Shown here one piece after another: positions 1 to 13,106 of a stretch of DNA of 64,000 bases. Under the pieces are notes generated by a model. That model saw nothing but the letters and a program-made list of their open reading frames with translations. It was not told where the DNA came from and searched no databases. The translations under genes were made by a program, and so were the position numbers. This DNA comes from Dendrobates tinctorius (lineage: Eukaryota). Positions within the stretch are counted from its first letter, which is position 1, and every line of letters starts with the position of its first letter. The DNA is taken from the NCBI RefSeq assembly GCF_039654945.1, contig NW_027361699.1, positions 21,018,001 through 21,082,000 on the forward strand, read 5' to 3'.

Positions 1-1153
1 GACATTTTTTGATGGCTTTCTATTATGATTTTTGTGAGTCAGAACGAACAAAAACCAGCAATTCAGGAATTTCTTTTTTTTTTTTGGGGGGGGGGTTATG
101 CCGTTAAGCGGGGAGTAAAATTGATAAGTCAGTACGATTACAGCGATACCTCATTTATATTTTTTTTTGTGTTTTGGCGCTTTTAAAAAATTAAAACCAT
201 TTTATAGAAAAAATAATTATTTTTGCATTGCTTTATTCTGAGAGCTATAACTTTATTTTTCCGCTGACGGAGCTGTGTCTTGGTTTGTTTTTTTTTGCGG
301 AACAAAATGACGTTTTCAGTGGTACCATGTTTATTTATATATTTTTTTATTGTGTTTTATTCCACTTTTTGTTCGGCGGTATGATGATAAAGCATTGCTT
401 TTTGCCTTGTTTTTTTATTTATTTTTCTGGCGCTCACTAAAGGAGTTAACTAGTGGGACAGTTTTATGTCGGGTCGTTGCGGACACGTGATACCAAATAT
501 GTGTACTATTGTTTGTTTTTTTTCATTCAAATATGTTTTGAAATACAATATCTTGTTTTTTTAAATTATTTTTTTTTTTTTTAAATATTTTTACAATTAT
601 TTAAATAAAAAAAATTTAAACTTTTTTCCAACTTTTTTAGTTTGTTCCACTATGGGACAATCATTTTTGCATGCTGATCACTTCTGCAGAATGGACATGA
701 AGCAGCATCCCCATTCTGCAGAAACTGTCAACTCTGCACTGACAGAGACTTGCTGATCATGCACTGCACATGATCAGCAAGTTTCCTAGCTCTGGTGACT
801 CAGATGTCATCATGATGACATCTGGTCTCCATGGCAACTATCGGGACCCCGCGTCACGCCGCGGGGTCTCCGATCCAAAGGCAGAGGAGCTGTCAGCCCC
901 TGTGCCGTCTCCCGGAATGCTACGATCGTGTCCAATCGCAGAATATCAGGTGTAAATTTCTGGGAGTGGTCTGTGACCACTCCTGGAACCTAGTGCCGGG
1001 TGTCAGCTGTCAGAGGCAGCTGACACCCTGCAGCAATCGCCTGCACACACATTGTGTGCGCAGGCGATTGCTCGGAAGTAATATTCCGTGCATGGTCAAA
1101 TTGGTCCAGGTCACATGGACGGAATATTACGTCTGATGTCAGAAAGATGTTGA
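1..1153. mobile_element. partial non-autonomous TTAA/piggyBac-like element
   Basis: Similar to 44450-44936 plus 49077-49810 (shared tttttgcattgc...gagagctataac, gtgggacagttttat and ccatggcaac blocks); degenerate terminus near 1141-1153. Confidence 0.6.
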
Positions 1154-1522
1154 GAAAAAACTTACTGCATGTTAACTGTACAATATACAGTGGATACAAC
1201 AAGTCAACACACACCTGTTAAAATTACAGGTTTTTGTTATGCAAAAAAAAAAAATAATAATAATATGAACAAGAATCATTTCAGAACTTCTTTTCCACTT
1301 TTAACATCACCCATAATCTGCTCAAATAATTGAGAAAAAGAATTTTGAGTAGAAAAAAAAACAAAACTTGTAATTTGGGAAATGGTTGAGTTCAGAATAA
1401 GCCTACCACATTTAGGCCAGGGTCACACAATGATATATTCTCTCTGTGCGAGAATTGGATGGATTATGTTAATGACTCTCTGCTCACACACCTCACAGAG
1501 TTTTAGCAGAGTGTCAGTGTAA

Positions 1523-1909
1523 GGCCCCGTCTCACATAGCGAAATCATTGGCGAGATCGCTGAAACGTCACAGGTTTTGTGACGCAACAGCGACCTCGCC
1601 AGCGAACTCGCTACATGTGACACATAGCGGCAACGGGCCCCCCACTGCGATATCACTGATCGTGCTCGAATGTACTAGGCCATTTTTTGATCACGCCTAT
1701 GGAGGTCTGAGTCATCAGAATAGCTGCTGTGTGACAAGGTCCCAACGACCGCAGAGGTCGTTACACGGATCGCCGTATCGTTGCTGCGTCGTTGAGTAGA
1801 TCTGCCTGTTTGACAGCTTACTAGCGACCATGTAGAGACGTACCAGCGATCCTTACCAGGTTGTATCGTTGTCGGGATCGCTGAAGCGTCGCTATGTGTA
1901 ACGGTACCC
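1523..1909. mobile_element. Tourist/Harbinger-like MITE nested in another MITE (~1415-2218)
   Basis: TIRs ggccccgtctcacatagcga / tcgctatgtgtaacggtaccc; TAA/TTA flanks; related element at 48034-48418. Confidence 0.7.
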
Positions 1910-3186
1910 TTAGTGTGATCAGAGCACAATTGTGGAGAAGACCGAGAACTTAATTTCTCTATTTTCTCCATTGTCTGAGTCTGCGGGAATCAGATACCGC
2001 ATCCGATTGCAGTCCTATGTTTAACACGCCCCCATAGACGACTTGTATGGGTGTGTCATCTGATTAGCATATCTACTCGCTGCAAGCTGCAATTTTTTTT
2101 TCTCATGTCAAATTGGTAAAGAAAAAAAAAACAACAAAACACTGATCAGCACTAACCCAGAGAATTCTATTGGTATGAGTGCTAAACGATAAAACATCGG
2201 CTAGCACTCATCTGATCTACAGTGGGGAAAATAAGTAGAAATATACTCAAATGATGTATATAAAACACAAATAACCTGGGAGGGTGAACTCCCTGTGATG
2301 ATTAAAGTTCAACAATCACATGTAAAATCAGAAGGCACCTATGAGATACAAATGTCTTACTTTCAATCTGCTACACCAATATCAAAAGGAATTACAAGAT
2401 ATTCTGTCTGAAGGGTTGAAAGAGAGAGTCCTCTCACAGAAATAATATAAATACCTGATGATTGCTCAATCTGTCGCTTCTACTCTTTATGTGTTACCCA
2501 AAATTCCTAAAAAAATCCTAAAAATGCTCTTTTCTTCACCAGGACAACCAATCGTATCACGAATGGGTAACATGTATGAATCAATATGCAAATTCGTAGA
2601 TCGTTTTTTACAACAGATTGTTAAGACACTCCCTTCATACTTACAGGACACTAAAGACATCCTTAGGAAAATTTAAGAACCTGACCTAGAATCAGACAAT
2701 TTTTGCTGATGTAGAATCCCTATATACACCAATATGCTATGAGGACAGACTACAGGCGGTAAGTCCAGTAAATTTTTAAATCTTCTTGAATTCCTATTGA
2801 CCCATAATTTTTTCTTGTTGAGGAAAACACTACCTACAGCTTCAGGGAACTGCAATGGGCGCCACTTATACAGCTTCTTATGCCAATTTTTTTCATCGGG
2901 CTGTGGGAGAAAGATGGATTTTTGGTTCTTACCGTAAAATCTCTTTCTTGGAGCCTTCATTGGGGGACACAGATTACCATGGGTGTATGCTGCTGCTGCT
3001 AGGAGGCTGACACTATGCAAAAAACAAGAAAATTGACTCCTCCCCGGCAGTATACACCCACCGACCGATACCAAGTACCTCAGTTGGTGAGAAAGCAGTA
3101 GGAGAAGCCACGGAACTATAAACATATGTACCAACCCAACAAGGGACTCAAGGACCCAACACGGTACAACTTAGACAGGGAGGGTG

Positions 3187-3283
3187 CTGTGTCCCCCAAT
3201 GAAGGCTCCAAGAAAGATTTTATGGTAAGAACCAAAATTCCATCTTTCTTTATCGCCTTATTGGGGGACACAGATTACCATGG
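3187..3283. other. DIRS internal complementary region (ICR), copy 1
   Basis: Reads as element 3' end + TTT + element 5' start: ...aaattccatc-TTT-ctttatcgccttattgggggacac. Confidence 0.93.
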
Positions 3284-3344
3284 GACGTTCCAAAGCAGTC
3301 CCAAGGGCGGGAACAGTAATAAGGAACGAAAGAACAGGAAGGGC

Positions 3345-4362
3345 TTAGGTCGGCCGATGCGCCACCGCCGCCTGCAGGACCTTCCTACCAACGACTGCAT
3401 CAGACGAAGCCTGGGTATGAACCCTGTAGACCCTCGCAAACGTATGCAAGAACGACCAGGTCGCGGCCTTGCAAATTTGCAGAGCCGAAGCCTGGTGTCG
3501 AACGACCCACGAAGCTGCCACCGCCCGGGAGGAGTGAGTTCTCACTCCCGGAGGCGGCCGTTGTTCCTGAAGACGGTATGCTTCCAGAATAGTAGAACGA
3601 ATCCAGCGAGCGATCGTGGATTTGGATGCCGGAAGCCCTTTCCGGTGACCGGAGATGACCAGCAATGAATGGGATTGACGAAGTGAAGCAGTCCTAGCGA
3701 GATAAACACGCAAGGCTCTAACAACGTCCAGTTTGTGGAGTGACTTCTCAAGAGGGTGAGAAGGAACAGGACAAAATGATGGAAGAACGATATCCTCGTT
3801 GATGTGGAAGGAGGATACCACCTTTGGAAGAAAGGAAGGAACGGGCCTGAGGACGACTTTATCCTGATGGAGTACCAGCTAAGGAGAACGACATGACAGG
3901 GCCGCTAATTCAGAAACTCTTCTGATGGATGTTATGGCAATCAGAAAGGTTACCTTCCATGAAAGAAAAGACAAAGGAATGTCCTGGATGGGCTCAAACG
4001 GCGCTTTTTTTTTTTTTTTTTTTTTTTTTTTGGAGAGCGCTAGGAACGAGATTGAGATCTCACGGTTCTATCGGTGAATGATGAGGAGGAGCCACATGAG
4101 CGACTCCTTGGAGAAATGTCTTAACCTGCGGTAAAGAAGCGAACTTCCTTTGAAAAAGGATAAACTAAGCGGAAACCTGGCCCTTGAGGGTACTGAGAGA
4201 CAGACTCGAATCTAAGCCAGGCTGGAGAAACCCAGTATGGACGGAATGGAAAAGGACATTGGAAAGGCTCTTATCGTCGCACCAACGGAAAAAGGTCTTC
4301 CAATGCCTATGGTAGATGCGGGAAGAGGATGGTTTCCTGGCTTTGACCATCATCTGAAACAT
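3345..4362 (-). pseudogene. DIRS tyrosine recombinase, frameshifted (copy 1)
   Basis: ORF pieces 4165-4362 and 3345-3821; LDVVRAL, THSSR, KAATW; poly-T expansion at ~4005-4031. Confidence 0.9.
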
Positions 4363-4387
4363 CTGGTTGGAAGAAAACCTGATTCTC

Positions 4388-7300
4388 TTAAGGTTGCGGC
4401 CTCAACGGCCATGCCGTTAAATTCAGAAACCGAGAAGTCTCGTGGTAAAGGGGGCCTTGCGAGAGAAGATCCGGACAGTCTGGAAGCCTCCAGGGGACGT
4501 CCGCGAGCATGTTCACCAGTTCCGCATACCAAGGCCTTCTTGGCCAGTCTGGAGCCACAAGAAACACTGGCACGCCTTCCGATTTTATCTTCTTGACCAC
4601 TCTTGGGATCAAGGCAAGAGGTGGAAACAGATAAGGGAGTTGGACCTGGGACTACGGAATAACTAGGGCGTCGCAAGCGACGGCTAGAGGGTCCCTGGAC
4701 CTGGCTACGAAACGCGGAACCTTGTGGTTCATCCGAGATGCCATGCGGTCGACATCCGGATAACCCCAGCGCTGGAATATCTGATCGAAGACTGTGGAAT
4801 GGAGAGACCATTCGCCTGACGCTAGGCTTTGGCGACTCAAAGTCGGCTGCCCAGTTTTCCACCCCTGGAATTAGAACAGCGGAGATTGCTGGAACGCAGT
4901 GTTCTGCCCAGCGCAGTATCTTGGCCACTTCTGACATCACTTGGATGCTGCGCGTGCCGCCATGATGGTTTATGTACTCCACAGCCATGGCGTTGTCCGA
5001 CTGAATGCGGACCGGCTTGCCGACGAGAAGAGGTTGCCAGCGAAGAAGGGCCAGGAAGATTGCTCTGATTTCGAGAAGATTGATGGGGAGCAGAGCTTCC
5101 TGTGGAATCCAGCGTCCTTGGGCCGTTCTCTGATGGAAAACCGGTCCCTAACCTAGAAGGCTGGCATCGGTGGTAATGACTTGCCACTGGAGCGGGAGGA
5201 AGGACCTCCCCTGGAGGACTGACGTAGGCATTGCCCACCAATTCAGGGAATGCCTCACTCAGAGGGAGGAGAATGGGGCGGTCTAAGGACAACGTCGTCT
5301 TGTCCCAAGCTGAGAGGAGGGACAGCTGAAGGGGGCGAAGATGAAACTGTGCAAGAGGCACTGCCTCCATGGAAGCCACCATCTTCCCGAGAACTTTCAT
5401 GCAGAGCCGAAGGGGAATGGGCTTCGGCCGTTTGAGAGCTCGAATTTCTTTGGACAGAGACGCAAATTTTTCCCCTCGGAAGAAACACCCGGGCCAGATT
5501 CGTGTCGAATTCCATGCTTAGGAAGGTCAGACCCTGAGTGGGTCTGAGAATAGACTTTTCTTTGTTGACTAACCATCCGAGACGGCCGATGGTATCCAGG
5601 GTTATGTGAAGACTCAGGAGACAGTCTTGACGGGACGAGCCTGTGAACAAGAGATCGTCCAGATAAGGGATGATGAGAATCCCCCTGGATCGAAGGATGG
5701 CCATGACCGTCACCATCACCTTCGTGAAAACACGGGGAGTAGAGGCTAGGCCGAAGGGAAGAGCCGTGAATTGATAGTGATTTTCCTGAATCGCAAACCG
5801 AAGATATTTCTGATGTTGCAAACAAACAGGGATGTGAAGATAAGCATCCCGTATGTCCACAGAGCAGAGGAATTCTCCAGGTTCCATTGAGGCTATCACT
5901 GATCGAAGAGACTCCATTTTGAAGTGGAGAATCATCACATGGCGATTGAGCAACTTGAGGTCCAGGATTGGTCGAAGGGTCCCGTATTTTTTTTCAGTAC
6001 TACGAAAAAAATTTGAGTAGAACCCTGAAAACCGTTCGTCTGAGGGAACGGGGACAATCACTCCGGCGGAAAGAAGGGAGGAGACGGCTTGAAAGAATCC
6101 TGGAACGTGGGACTTATGTCTTGGGGGTCGAGACAGGAAAAAACGTCTGTTTGGCTGGGAGCAAATTCGATCTTGTATCCGGATGCGATGATTTCCCTGA
6201 CCCAAGCATCGTCGACAACAGACAGCCAAGCGTCCGCGAAAAAGGAAAGTCTGCCTCCCACCCTGGAAAAAACTTCCAGGTGGGGGTGACCCGTCACTTG
6301 GAGGAGAACCCTGCTGGGTAGATTTTTCTGTGGACGAGAAGGCAGAAAAGGGCCTAAACGGCCGGAAACCCTTTCTGTTAAAAAAGCGTTTTGGCCGAGA
6401 CTGAGGGAGAGAAGTGCTCTTACCACCAGTGGCATCCAAAATTATTTGATCTAGCTTGGCTCCAAAGAGCTGAGAACCAAGGAAAGGCAGATTGGTAAGC
6501 GACTTTTTGGAGGTGGTACCTGCATTCCATGACTTTAGCCAAAGGACTCGGCGTACGGCTACTATGTTGCCGTTAGCCCTTGCTACGCACTCAGCCGCAT
6601 CCAAGGAGGCGGCTAAGAGGTATTTACCCGCATGATTAATTTGATCTGCTAGATCTGTCAGCTCGTCCTGGAGAGCTGCCGCTAAGATGCCTCTGCGAAG
6701 AGTTTTTGCCCAAGCTAAAATGACTTTTGCCACCCAGGAGGAAGCGAAAATAGGACAGAGAGAGGCGCCGGATGCCTCAAAAATAGACTTAGCCAGAGAT
6801 TCTGCCTGCCTGTCTGTTGGATCCTTAAGCGATGCCCCGTCCGGAAGGGATAGAACCGTCTTAGAGGCTATACGAGACTCGGGAGGATCCACCTCGGGGG
6901 CTTTGGTCCATTTTGTGAGCAGATCTACAGCAAAGGGATACAGGACATCTAAGTACCTGCGGCCTGAAAAGCGTTGTTCAGGGTGCTCCCAATGTTTGGT
7001 TAGAGTAGTATTGAACTCCTTGTGGTTTGGAAGGGTTCGGGATGGAGGCCTCGCTCGTTTAAATGGAACAGAACATTCCTGAGGAGGAGGTTCGTCCTGC
7101 TTAATTTCCAAGGTTAGGAAGAGGGCAGAAAGAAGACTATCGACCATATTCCGCGTTTTAGATATATTATCTGCTTCTGAACTAGATCCCGATTGGGGAT
7201 CGGCGTCAGACCTAGGGTCGTCCTCTGAAGACGGAGAAGGACACCTGGGAGAAGCCGACGGGCCTAGCGAACTGGAAGACGAGTCAGACAGAACATGCTT

Positions 7301-7681
7301 CCTAGAAATCCTACTCGGCCTGTCCCTCTGAAGGTCGCGGTCAGGTGCGGACGACTCACCCTGAGAGGCGGTCGGTGCACAGGTGGCTGTAGATAGCTGA
7401 GGCTAACGTTCTAGGACCTGGACCAGGGACTGAGAGACTTTAGTCAGATCGGAGACCGACTGGAACATTGCAACGGCCCACTCTGGGAGAGGGGAAATGC
7501 CCTCATCCCGGGAATCGGTGTGCTCCTGAGAGGCCGACATAGCTGAAGGGCTGCAGGACAGGCAGAGGGGAGACGACTGACCTGACGCCCACTTCCTTTT
7601 ACAGCGTGCACAAGCGTAGTGGATAACGGTGGGCTTGAAAGATAGCGCCGCTGAAGGGTTAAACATAGGTATGTTGAGCAC
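4388..7681 (-). pseudogene. DIRS gag / RT / RNase H / MT remnants (copy 1)
   Basis: CxxC..CxxC gag N-terminus; RPILDLK, DIRDAYLH, LPFGL, YLDD; APDWPRRPWY. Confidence 0.9.
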
Positions 7682-9835
7682 TATGGCTGAACTAAAGGCT
7701 GCACTAAATAGAAGGGCTGCAGAGGAGAGACAATTTTTCCATTAAGCGCCGAGCCTACTGAAGTTCTGACGAGCTGGACCCTGACGTGTCACCCAAGCAG
7801 CGCAGGAAGCCAGTGAAATTGCAGGAGGAAGCTGGCTGTGATCTCGGTGGGCGGCACTTGGCGTCGTGACAAGACTAGGCAATGGCAGAGGAGGGGCGCG
7901 GCAAAAATGGAGATTGACGTCCTTAAAAAGTAGTGCTGTGATTGGTGTGAAATGGGCGCGAGAAAAAGCGCGCCCAGAGTGGAAATTCACGCCCAGAGAA
8001 AAGGGGGAGCGCGCTCCGAACAGGGAGGAGGGAGCGCGCTGAAAGCGAAAGTGAAACCATGTCTCCCTCCCCGCCGAGCTCTTATACTGATGCCCGCGGC
8101 GCCGATAATAAAGGGTGAACCTGCGTTGAACCGCTGCTTACAAGGACCCTGTGTCCTAGTAGACCTTGTGTGCCTCTCCCCCTGATCCTAGTATAACTGG
8201 AGCGCGGCTGCGATGTGATGCGCGCGGCTGCAGTGGGGGAGTAGAGGCGGGAAATTCAAAGTTTGAAACCACTGCTTGTGAAGACATACGGGGCTAAAGG
8301 GATCGTTAGGGTCTTACCTGACGTCCCTGAAGAGGATGACCACAGAGGCATGGATAGACAGGCCGCTGGGAGAGGTCCTCTTACCCGTGTCACGTAGAAG
8401 ACGGCGTCCTTTTGTTGGGAGCGATGGCGACTACCGTCTTCCTCTCAGCCCTGTCCTAGGAAAGGGATGAGGAGTTGTTTTGGCAAGGACCGGCCACCTG
8501 TCGTCCGCCCATAGCACCGAATGGTGATATGGAAAAAGTCCTGCCTGCGGTACTGAGAGTTGCGATGTGGAGGACACCACACTGCTCGCTCAGCCGCATG
8601 ATATGGGAAAGCAGGGTGAACATTTACCCCCTGTTTCCCGATGTAGAATCTGGAAAATAAATGGGAAAAGATTAATACACACACACAAAAACCTAAAAGA
8701 AAATGGTTAGATGCGGATCTGGGGAGATTCCGGTCCGCCTCCTACAGACACTAAGCACAAACTGAGGTACTTGGTATCTGTCGGTGGGTGTATACTGCCG
8801 GGGAGGAGTCAATTTTTTTGTTTTTTGCATAGTGTCAGCCTCCTAGCAGCAGCAGCATACACCCATGGTAATCTGTGTCCCCCAATAAGGCGATAAAGAA
8901 ACAAGTTTTCTTGGCTGATAAGATCCACCTATGGGCCAGATATATTGAGGATATCATCTTTATATGTCAGGACAGCAAGGAAAATCTCAATATCTTCATG
9001 AAGTCACTTAACCAGAATAAAAAACATATTAAACTAACCTACTGGACTGGACGAGAGAGTATTGACTTTCTGGTAAGTCAAAAGTGATGGGAATTGGAAA
9101 AAAAGACTTGCACAAAATTAATCCCGATGGATATATGTGTTAAAGGGAATCTGTCAGCAGTTTTTGCTACCTCATCTGTGAGAAACGCACAATGTATGAA
9201 AAGAGACCATGAATCCAATGCTGTACCACTTAGATTACTGGGTGCAGCCATCCTGACACAGTTTTTAGATTTAGCAGTGCAGCACAGCCAAGAAAATTTC
9301 AGTATTGCCCCATACAAGAAGAGTCGGTTAAACGAGTGTCAGGCGTTTTTCAAGGTAAACACCTATTAAATGTCATGTATTCACTAAGAACTTATGACCA
9401 TTATGCACTTTTAGTGATATCTTTGATTTAACCTGTGGTTGTTGAACTTCCGTCATTATCACTAGTGTTGTGTTCTATTGGTTTTTCTTCACATGTATGT
9501 AGTTTGACCACTTTTGATTGACAAATGTTTTTGTCATGTAATTACTGCTATTGATACATTATTACACTATATAATTCTACTTGTAGAGTTAATGAGCTTC
9601 CCCTACTCTGCTTCACCCCTCCCAGGTTCTGTGTATTATATACGTCATTTGGCTATATTTCTATCTTGGTATCTGTAGGTTTTGTATTTAAATGCTATAT
9701 AAGTTACTTGGCTTTACCCTCCTTTCTTATTACTGATTACATTGGCCCTTTGGCTAACTGCCATACCTTTGTAGATTCTATATATCAAGTATGCCAAAAG
9801 CATGTGAGAAAACTGAAGAGACCAAGGTTAAACTT

Positions 9836-10189
9836 TATGAACAAATTCCAAAAGGTAAGTTTAAAGCATATCCAACAATGTTCATCGCCAGGAATGCCAT
9901 ACCCACAGTGAAGCATGGTAAAAGAAGCATTATGCTTTGGGGCTGTTTTTCGGCAGCTGGAACTGGGGTATTCTCCATAATATGGAATTAGTCAAAGTGG
10001 AGGGAATTATTATATGAACAAATTCCAAAAGGTAAGTTTAAAGCATATCCAACAATGTTCATCGCCAGGAATTACATACCCACAGTGAAGCATGGTAAAA
10101 GAAGCATTATGCTTTGGGGCTGTTTTTCGGCAGCTGGAACTGGGGTATTCTCCATAATATGGAATTAGTCAAAGTGGAGGGAATTATTA
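9836..10189 (+). repeat. 177-bp tandem duplication
   Basis: 9836-10012 and 10013-10189 nearly identical (ggaatgccatacc vs ggaattacatacc). Confidence 0.92.
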
Positions 10190-10794
10190 TCCGTTCAAAA
10201 TTTCAGTAAATTTTGCAACAAAACCTTCAGATCTCTGCTAGAAAGATAAAGAGGGATTTCACATTTCAGCACAAGGACCCTAAGCACACCTCTCAATCAA
10301 CAAAAGAAAGGCTTCGCCAAAAGAAAAAGAAAAAATTTTGGAATCTCTCATCCAGAGCCCAGACCTGAATCTAACTAAAAATCTGTGTGTTGACCTGAAG
10401 AGGGCTGTATACAAGAGCTATATAGCCTCACAATCTGAAAATTTGGAATAGTACTGCAAAGAAGAGTTGGCATTCTAGATGTGCCATGCTGATAGACTGC
10501 CTTTATAAATTCAAATTGTACTTCAACAAAGTAATAGTTTAAGGGTGTTCATATTTATGCACCCCCCTTTTTCATTCTTTATTTTTCCACCCAAAAAGTT
10601 TGCTTTTCAATTGAATTGTGCAGATTATAGGTAATAAAATGGAAAAAGTTCTGATATGATTCTTTTGGTTTATTTTTTTTCACATGACAAAAACCTGGCA
10701 TTTTAACAGGGGTGTGTAGACATTTTAAATATAAAGACTAGTGTTACTTAGACAAGTTTAGGTTTTTATAACTTGTATTTAATGATACACTTAC

Positions 10795-10903
10795 CATCAT
10801 ATTTACTCTGGATTAAAATGGTCATTTCTTCACCTTTAGGGATTTCCAACAAATAAAGAACAGCATCTTCTCGAACAATGCAACGGAAATCTTGTGCGTT
10901 TAC
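10795..10903 (-). CDS. tjp2: ZO-2 exon (end of PDZ3)
   Basis: [36 protein letters not shown]; ttag / GTAAGT; 109 nt; the next (SH3) exon was not found within the window. Confidence 0.94.
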
Positions 10904-11233
10904 CTAACAGTTATGAAAAGTACAGCAAAAATGCCAAAGATCATGATCAAAATCAAGCAGTCTATCCAGACGTCCCTTCTTTGTACCACAATGATTAAAT
11001 ATTAATACCAGGCATGCTTAAAATTTGAGGTTACCTTTGTTTGTGCCCCTCTGAACCTTACATAAAGCCTTAACACAAAAAATATAATAATGTCTCCACC
11101 TTTTATTCTTTCCTCATACAATACATGATAAATTGGCCAATTCATCCAAGAGATATCTGGTGTGTAAGATTTGGTCTTTGCTAACTATAAGGTACCCCAC
11201 ACAAGAACACCTGAGCCCATTGACTGTACATAC

Positions 11234-11384
11234 CTTAAGCAGTTGATCACCCTCTTTTAGACCTTCCTGCTCAGCAGCAGTTCCCTCCTGCACACCAGCA
11301 ATAAATATACCTACATCATTGCCACCTGCAAGACGCATGCCAACACTATCGCCTTTATGAAACCTGATCATTTTTGTATTGGGT
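11234..11384 (-). CDS. tjp2: ZO-2 exon (PDZ3)
   Basis: [50 protein letters not shown]; tcag / GTATGT; 151 nt. Confidence 0.96.
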
Positions 11385-11514
11385 CTGAGAAAAAGAAAAT
11401 GCATTGGGTATGGGTTAGGGTGAAAGTAAATAGTAGATTCTCTTTCTACAAATCTCATAAAAAAAAATAAAAAAATAACAATTTACCATTGTGAAGTAAT
11501 CAAATATAATTTAA

Positions 11515-12912
11515 CCTCTTCACAACCAATCACATACATGCAAGTCATCGGTTCTGTTCCTGCCTTTGATGCAGGCTCACACATTGAGACCCCATCTTTC
11601 CCTGCAGTTGATGCCTGGTTTAATCAGCCATCAAGTGCTTCTAACAGCCGCAAATGGACCGAAGAGCCACCCACTACCGTTAATCAGTTAAATGCCGCTG
11701 TCAATCACTGACAGCGGCATTTAAAGGGAACCTGCTAGCAGGATTGTGGTTGATGAAATCCATTTTGTGGTTGTGCAATCTTTATTTTCAGTTTTTAGTT
11801 AATGATATTCTTGTGCTCTGGGGCGACCTGTGGGGGGGCCTTTATGTGGTGCTCTGATTAGCTATTCATAATGCAGACTGCTGATGGGTCACTGATCCCT
11901 CACTGACTTGCCCCCTAGTTTGCATAATGAATACCTGACATACTGGAAAAAAAAAAATCTGCAGGCAGGTGCCAGCTGTGGCGCCTGCACTGCAGCATAA
12001 TCACATGTTTAGTGTCTTAGTAATCACTGTTCTTGATGTTATTGAGCAAGTAAAAAAAAAAAAAAAAAGGTCAATTTGAAAATGGCGCCCTCCGCTGAAC
12101 CATGACATCCAGGGGTCTGCTGAAGACCCGTGCCTGTTATCACGATCCTCCTGTGGCTGGCGTTGATAGAAGATTGTGATTCCTGCTATACGTAGCACTG
12201 CTGAGGCAATGGTATGTATAGCACATGCAATCATACGATCACAGCTTCTCCTAAAGGGACTAATAAATAAAGTATAAAAAAAAAACAAAACACACAAGTT
12301 CAAATTACCCTTTTGCCCCATTAAAAAAGAAATTAAAATAAAAAATATTACACGTTATTGCCGAGTTCAGAAATGTCCAGTCTATCAAAATTATAAAATA
12401 AATTAATCCGATCGGTAAATGGTATAGCAAGAAGAAAAAAAAAAAAAAATGCCAGGATCAAAGATTGTTTTGTCACAGCAACATTGCAATAAAATGCAAT
12501 GAGGAAACCAAAACATTGTATGCATCGGAAAATGGTATCCGGATGCAAAAAATAAAAAAAAAAGTTTAAAAAAAAAAAAAAAAAAGCCCTCACACAACCC
12601 CAGATTCTTGAAAAACGAGAACGTTACAGGTCTGGGAAAACTGTGACAAGAGTGAACCATTTTTTTTTTTTAATACATGTCTGAAAACTTTTTTTGAACT
12701 TTCACTGCACTGGGAATTTGTTTTTACCGTTTTACAGTACACAATGTGGCAGAATGAATGATTTACGGTAATTCAAAAATACAACTTATCCAGCAAAAAA
12801 CAATCCCTCATACTGCTGTATGGCTTGACAAATAAAATAAATAGTTATGGCTCTTGGAAGAAGGGGAGGAAAAAATAAACAAAAACAGAAAATCTCCAGG
12901 GGGGTGAAGATG
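11515..12912. mobile_element. non-autonomous TTAA piggyBac-like element, same family as 50871-52046
   Basis: ttaa|cctcttcac ... gtgaagatg|ttaa; internal blocks shared with 50871-52046. Confidence 0.65.
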
Positions 12913-13039
12913 TTAAATTTAACACTATGGTCTTGCATGGCAATAATATGAGGACTGTATGGAGGATGGTACATCATACTAACAAGTGCTATGCTATTGC
13001 TAGATCTACTCATAGTCCTAATATTTGTTTTCTACTTAC

Positions 13040-13106
13040 CCATAAGTCTCTAGATCTTCAGGACTTGGTTGCAAAAAAATCTTGGGGACTACTATTGTTT
13101 TTTCTT
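13040..13106 (-). CDS. tjp2: ZO-2 exon (linker before PDZ3)
   Basis: EEKTIVVPKIFLQPSPEDLETYG; acag / GTAAGT; 67 nt. Confidence 0.9.

Larger units (their letters stand above)
2910..8901 (-). mobile_element. DIRS1-like retrotransposon, copy 1 (both termini present, frameshifted)
   Basis: ITRs ~2959-3085 / ~8759-8887; ICR 3187-3283; AAA (TTT) at both ends; gag, RT (YLDD), RNase H, methyltransferase-like and tyrosine recombinase (HSSR..ATW..Y) remnants. Confidence 0.96.
2350..9075 (+). pseudogene. Penelope-like retroelement RT fragment split by a DIRS insertion (pieces ~2350-2912 and 8902-9075)
   Basis: YVLPKI..PGQPIVS..FVDRFLQ..LPSYLQDT, then GTAMGA..SYAN, and after the insertion WARYIEDIIFI..KLT..IDFL, matching the Penelope RT pattern (YIDD decayed to YIED). 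Confidence 0.85.
1188..10735 (+). mobile_element. decayed Tc1-like transposon with long TIRs, hosting nested insertions
   Basis: TA|CAGTGG...acacacctgttaaaat...aggtttttg at 1188 is the inverse of caaaaacctggcattttaacaggggtgtgtaga at ~10688-10720; transposase remnants [20 protein letters not shown] and SPDLNL at 9790-10535. Confidence 0.8.
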
